From: a virus
Length of the DNA stretch: 7,643 nt
Virus record (IMG/VR): IMGVR_UViG_3300008222_000107
Reading direction: 5' to 3' (one strand)
Shown here: positions 5,411 to 7,643 of the stretch, one piece after another
Layout of the letters: every line of letters begins with the position of its first letter
How positions within the stretch are numbered: position 1 is the stretch's first letter
Notes under the pieces: generated by a model
Told to the model about the DNA's origin: nothing
Database searches by the model: none
Seen by the model: the letters and a program-made list of their open reading frames with translations, nothing else
Made by a program: the position numbers and the translations under genes

Positions 5411-5686
5411 TCACTTAGCGGCACTTTCAAAAGTTAATTCAACAAATTCACCAGAACTTAAAGGCAAAGCGTTAAATAGAGAATTCATTGAAGAAAAGGA
5501 ACGTAAAGAATTTTTCTGAGTAACTAAATTATATACTGACAATTCAGAACGAACTGAAAGCTCAACAAAAAAAACATCTGAATCATGGTTGTAACAAACA
5601 ACTAATTTAGAATCATCACAATCAAAATATTTAGAAATAAACTCATTTAATTGCAGGGTTTTTCTTTCGATTTTAGAGTAAGACAT
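5411..5686 (-). CDS. Hypothetical 91-aa protein, first gene of the putative orf91-rep operon
   Basis: ATG at 5686 has SD AGGAA with 7-nt spacing, and a good promoter lies upstream. The protein is soluble with no TM segment. I recognise no family. Confidence 0.6.
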   Translation of the reverse strand: MSYSKIERKTLQLNEFISKYFDCDDSKLVVCYNHDSDVFFVELSVRSELSVYNLVTQKNSLRSFSSMNSLFNALPLSSGEFVELTFESAAK

Positions 5687-5717
5687 TTTTTAATTCCTTT
5701 TTTATTAAGTTGAATTA

Positions 5718-5745
5718 AATATACCATATTAAATTAATTTTGCAA
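5718..5745 (-). promoter_or_regulatory. Sigma70-type promoter for orf91 (and probably rep)
   Basis: The minus strand reads TTGCAA (5745-5740), a 16-nt spacer, then TATATT (5723-5718), preceded by TGG (extended -10-like). The -35 overlaps the left arm of the 5742-5781 palindrome. Confidence 0.55.
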
Positions 5746-5781
5746 GTTTAATTTAAAAGTTTTATTTTAAATTAAACTTGC
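5742..5781. repeat. Perfect 17-bp inverted repeat with 6-nt spacer (40-bp palindromic element)
   Basis: GCAAGTTTAATTTAAAA (5742-5758), gtttta, TTTTAAATTAAACTTGC (5765-5781). It begins 11 nt after the stop of the 250-aa gene and overlaps the orf91 promoter -35. No adjacent T-run is present on either strand. Confidence 0.9.
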
Positions 5782-5792
5782 TGATATAATTA

Positions 5793-6545
5793 TTACTTAG
5801 TCATATCCTTTAAAAAAGTCTCGCCTTGTTGAAGTTCGCCATTATTATCATAATAACTAAGTACCCATAAATCATCGTCTGCAGGGTTTCCACTATTGGA
5901 AAAAGTTGTTTGATATTCAACGATTGCACAACCAGTAAAACCACCACCAACGCAAGCTTCTATCGCACTTGTAGACCAATCATCAAATTCATCAATAACA
6001 TCAGGCAAAGCAGGGATAACAATAGGAACAGCAGGATCGTCACCATCGCAAGGATCGCAATCATCACTTCCACATTCTTCTGCATTTTCACAACCAAAAG
6101 AACTTATAGGGTAATCATTTACCAATCCAATTTGAAAAAAATTGGTGGCTTGCTCCCTCACTTCATCAGCATTTCCAGAAATTAAAGTCGCTTTGATCCT
6201 AAAGTCATTACGATTTTTAACAGGTTTCATAATATAAATCTCATGACCTGATTCAGTGCGCGATTTAATAACTTTCATTACTGATATTTTTGACTCGAAA
6301 ACTAGATAATCATTAGCCTCTTTGGCTTTTTCTTCTGCCGTTTTAGCTAGTAAATAACGAAGTTTATATCTACCGACTGCAGTTTCATAAGTGGCACGTA
6401 ATTCAGGGTCGTCAATAATCTTTTGTAATAACCCAGAAACTACATCATCTTTTGAAGTAGTTAGTTTTAATTTCCCTGCAAAAGCATTTGTAGTAAAAAC
6501 CAAAACCAATGTAATAAGTAAGACATGTACAATTTTCATTTTCAT
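5793..6545 (-). CDS. Secreted accessory protein of unknown function (250 aa) with a Cys/Asp-rich C-terminal half
   Basis: The signal peptide is MKMKIVHVLLITLVLVFTTNAFA / GKLKL, with an AFA-G cleavage site and no lipobox Cys. The second ATG at 6539 has better SD spacing (AGGAA + 6 nt) than the first at 6545. The N-terminal half is charged and helical-looking. Then come CENAEECGSDDCDPCDGDDPAVPIVIPALPDVIDEFDDW and ...ACVGGGFTGCAIV, giving 6 Cys. I recognise no family. It lies between the zot-like gene and the replication module. Confidence 0.75.
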   Translation of the reverse strand: MKMKIVHVLLITLVLVFTTNAFAGKLKLTTSKDDVVSGLLQKIIDDPELRATYETAVGRYKLRYLLAKTAEEKAKEANDYLVFESKISVMKVIKSRTESGHEIYIMKPVKNRNDFRIKATLISGNADEVREQATNFFQIGLVNDYPISSFGCENAEECGSDDCDPCDGDDPAVPIVIPALPDVIDEFDDWSTSAIEACVGGGFTGCAIVEYQTTFSNSGNPADDDLWVLSYYDNNGELQQGETFLKDMTK

Positions 6546-6641
6546 TTCCTTTTTAGTAAAAATATAAGTCCTTTTAGACTTACGTGTGTAAATTGGCTAG
6601 CAACAAAATTTTGTTAAATTGCGCCAAAATATAAATAGAAC

Positions 6642-6688
6642 ATTACCGGCCCAGGCACAAAACAAAAAACTGTGCTTGGGCTGGTAAT
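6642..6688 (-). terminator. Long hairpin after zot: candidate operon terminator and/or packaging-signal/origin hairpin
   Basis: ATTACCGGCCCAGGCACA (6642-6659), an 11-nt A-rich loop, TGTGCTTGGGCTGGTAAT (6671-6688). This is an 18-bp stem with two non-Watson-Crick positions, G-T on the plus strand and A-C on the minus strand. It starts 29 nt after the zot stop. The minus-strand trailer TGTTCTATTTATATTTT is T-rich but is not a clean T-run. Confidence 0.45.
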
Positions 6689-6716
6689 AACCTAACTTAA
6701 ATTTCTGTCACTATCT

Positions 6717-7643
6717 CTAAGTTGAATTAGAAACATCACTACCTTGTGGTCGTTGTTTTTCTATCTTTCTTGGTGGGCAATAAGCATATCTGAAGTTATC
6801 TTCTTTAAATATTTTTGCAGAACATTCATTAACAAAACGAACAACAAAACCCATTTGTTTTAGGTTATCACCACTTAAATAATACTTTTCAGTGCCTTTT
6901 ATAAGTGTAAAAAGATATTCCCTTTGACGGTTATTTTTGTTTTTAATATCAACATAGCCATTGAAATATATTTCATTGGCTCGATATGGCAAATCTACAG
7001 AAATAGGGCTTTCATTACTATTCTGAATAGCGTTAGTAATATTAGAAATATTAGGACTTTTAGTAGTGGCTTCGCTAGATAGTGAAATATTTTTACCAAC
7101 ACTTTCTTCAATCCTTTCAGCAGCTGTTGCTTTATCTTCTTTAATAAAGAGCCACCATGTCGCATAACTGAAACAAAGAAATAATAGGGCGATAGTAAAA
7201 ATAAGTGTAGGATCTTTAAACGCGTTAAGTGCTCCAGCTTTTGTTGTTTTTCCCGTGCTTGTACTTCTATAACATTTGTGTACTTCGACTGGCACTCTTC
7301 GCCATTTAACCTGTTCACCTTTTTTAGCGGTGACACCTGTTGATTTTGGGCTATGTTCATTTATTCGTGGTCTCCGCTTAAAGTAAGGTATAAATTCAAG
7401 AGATTCATTGTATTTATGGAAGTAAGCAAATTCACAAACAGAGCGAACTAGTTTATGAATTTCAGATATTTCAGGGGTACAGTAAATGATATCCCAATTG
7501 TATTTACGGTGACGCATATTGGCTTCACGCATTAATTTTGGATAAAGAATAAAACCATCATCATCAAGGATTAATTCTCCAGTATCATCTGTAGAGCCTT
7601 CATCAGTTTCAGGAGTGAATTTTTTTCTTTCTGAAACTGAATA
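6717..7643 (-). CDS. zot: Zot / gene-I (pI)-like assembly protein, C-terminal part. It covers residues 127-434 of the 434-aa protein, and its 5' continuation is 1-501 through the circular junction.
   Basis: The frame is open from the right edge of the window to the stop at 6717. The listed ORF (6717-7532) begins only at an internal Met. MRHRKYNWDIIYCTPEISEIHKLVRSVCEFAYFH matches the Zot core as I recall it (HRHHGWDICLTTPNIAKVHNMIREAAEIGYRH). A single TM segment (LIFTIALLFLCFSYATWWLFI) is followed by a ~140-aa C-terminal domain, the pI/Zot topology. Confidence 0.9.
   Translation of the reverse strand, partial: YSVSERKKFTPETDEGSTDDTGELILDDDGFILYPKLMREANMRHRKYNWDIIYCTPEISEIHKLVRSVCEFAYFHKYNESLEFIPYFKRRPRINEHSPKSTGVTAKKGEQVKWRRVPVEVHKCYRSTSTGKTTKAGALNAFKDPTLIFTIALLFLCFSYATWWLFIKEDKATAAERIEESVGKNISLSSEATTKSPNISNITNAIQNSNESPISVDLPYRANEIYFNGYVDIKNKNNRQREYLFTLIKGTEKYYLSGDNLKQMGFVVRFVNECSAKIFKEDNFRYAYCPPRKIEKQRPQGSDVSNST
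7521..7643. repeat. Terminal redundancy, right copy (identical to 1-123)
   Basis: Base-for-base identity with 1-123; 7521 corresponds to base 1. Confidence 0.97.

Larger units (their letters stand above)
1..7520 (-). mobile_element. One complete unit of a circular filamentous-phage (Inoviridae-like) genome, 7,520 bp, circularly permuted within the zot/pI-like gene
   Basis: The exact 123-nt overlap of the window ends gives the unit length. The gene set and order are typical of an inovirus: Rep, gV-position protein, small membrane protein, ~44-aa mature coat protein, pIII-like, pVI-like, Zot/pI-like. Nearly all genes share one strand, with TAATG stop/start overlaps. The coding strand looks T/G-rich by eye. 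Confidence 0.85.

Noticed and set aside
5782-5790. Extended -10-like TGATATAAT on the plus strand, pointing antisense into the 250-aa gene
   Set aside because: There is no credible -35, no downstream terminator or ORF, and it lies in an extremely AT-rich spacer where such hexamers arise by chance.
5910-6185. 91-aa plus-strand ORF antisense to the 250-aa secreted-protein gene
   Set aside because: It is nested antisense and low-complexity, with no start signals.
6565-6582. Small hairpin TAAGTC-cttttа-GACTTA in the leader of the 250-aa gene
   Set aside because: It has only a 6-bp AT-rich stem. I could not find a convincing promoter for this gene or a function for the stem, so it was too weak to call.
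6609-6619. dif-like XerD-arm match TTTTGTTAAAT (10 of 11 to TTATGTTAAAT as I recall the consensus)
   Set aside because: The adjoining positions where the XerC arm should be (ATTGGCTAGCA) match poorly, about 4 of 11. An AT-rich 11-mer match is expected by chance here. It would become interesting only if host dif or junction data supported it.
6995-7360. 121-aa minus-strand ORF in an alternative frame within the zot-like gene
   Set aside because: It lies out of frame inside a gene whose frame is validated by Zot-like motifs, and it has no SD.
1-7643. Scan for tRNA, rRNA, CRISPR arrays, IS elements and toxin-antitoxin pairs
   Set aside because: I saw no cloverleaf-like GC-rich segments, no regularly spaced direct repeats, no transposase-like ORFs and no adjacent small-gene pairs apart from those described.

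Overview
This window holds slightly more than one copy of a small circular replicon. Bases 1-123 recur exactly at 7521-7643, so the unit length is 7,520 bp and the window is circularly permuted inside a gene. The content and order match a filamentous (Inoviridae-like) phage. All but one gene lie on the minus strand. Read in minus-strand order, they are:
- orf91, then a pC194/Rep_1-like HUH rolling-circle Rep (5278-3701);
- a divergent 63-aa ribbon-helix-helix-like regulator on the plus strand;
- a small protein in the gV position (candidate ssDNA-binding protein);
- a 129-aa membrane protein;
- the major coat protein;
- a large pIII-like adsorption protein;
- a pVI-like hydrophobic protein;
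- a Zot/pI-like P-loop assembly ATPase that crosses the window junction (501-1, continuing 7643-6717);
- a secreted Cys/Asp-rich 250-aa accessory protein.

The ORF track omits the Walker-A half of the Zot gene at 1-501.

I see no secretin (pIV), integrase, tRNA, rRNA or CRISPR.

Observations most worth follow-up:
- A candidate ~85-nt countertranscript opposite the rep leader. It has a near-consensus plus-strand promoter and a textbook intrinsic terminator, resembling RCR-plasmid copy control.
- A back-to-back divergent promoter/operator switch beside the RHH gene.
- Thrombospondin-type-3-like Asp repeats in the pIII-like protein.
- A secreted cargo protein at the position where CTXphi carries ctxAB.

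Everything rests on reading the sequence and on motifs recalled from memory. No searches were run.
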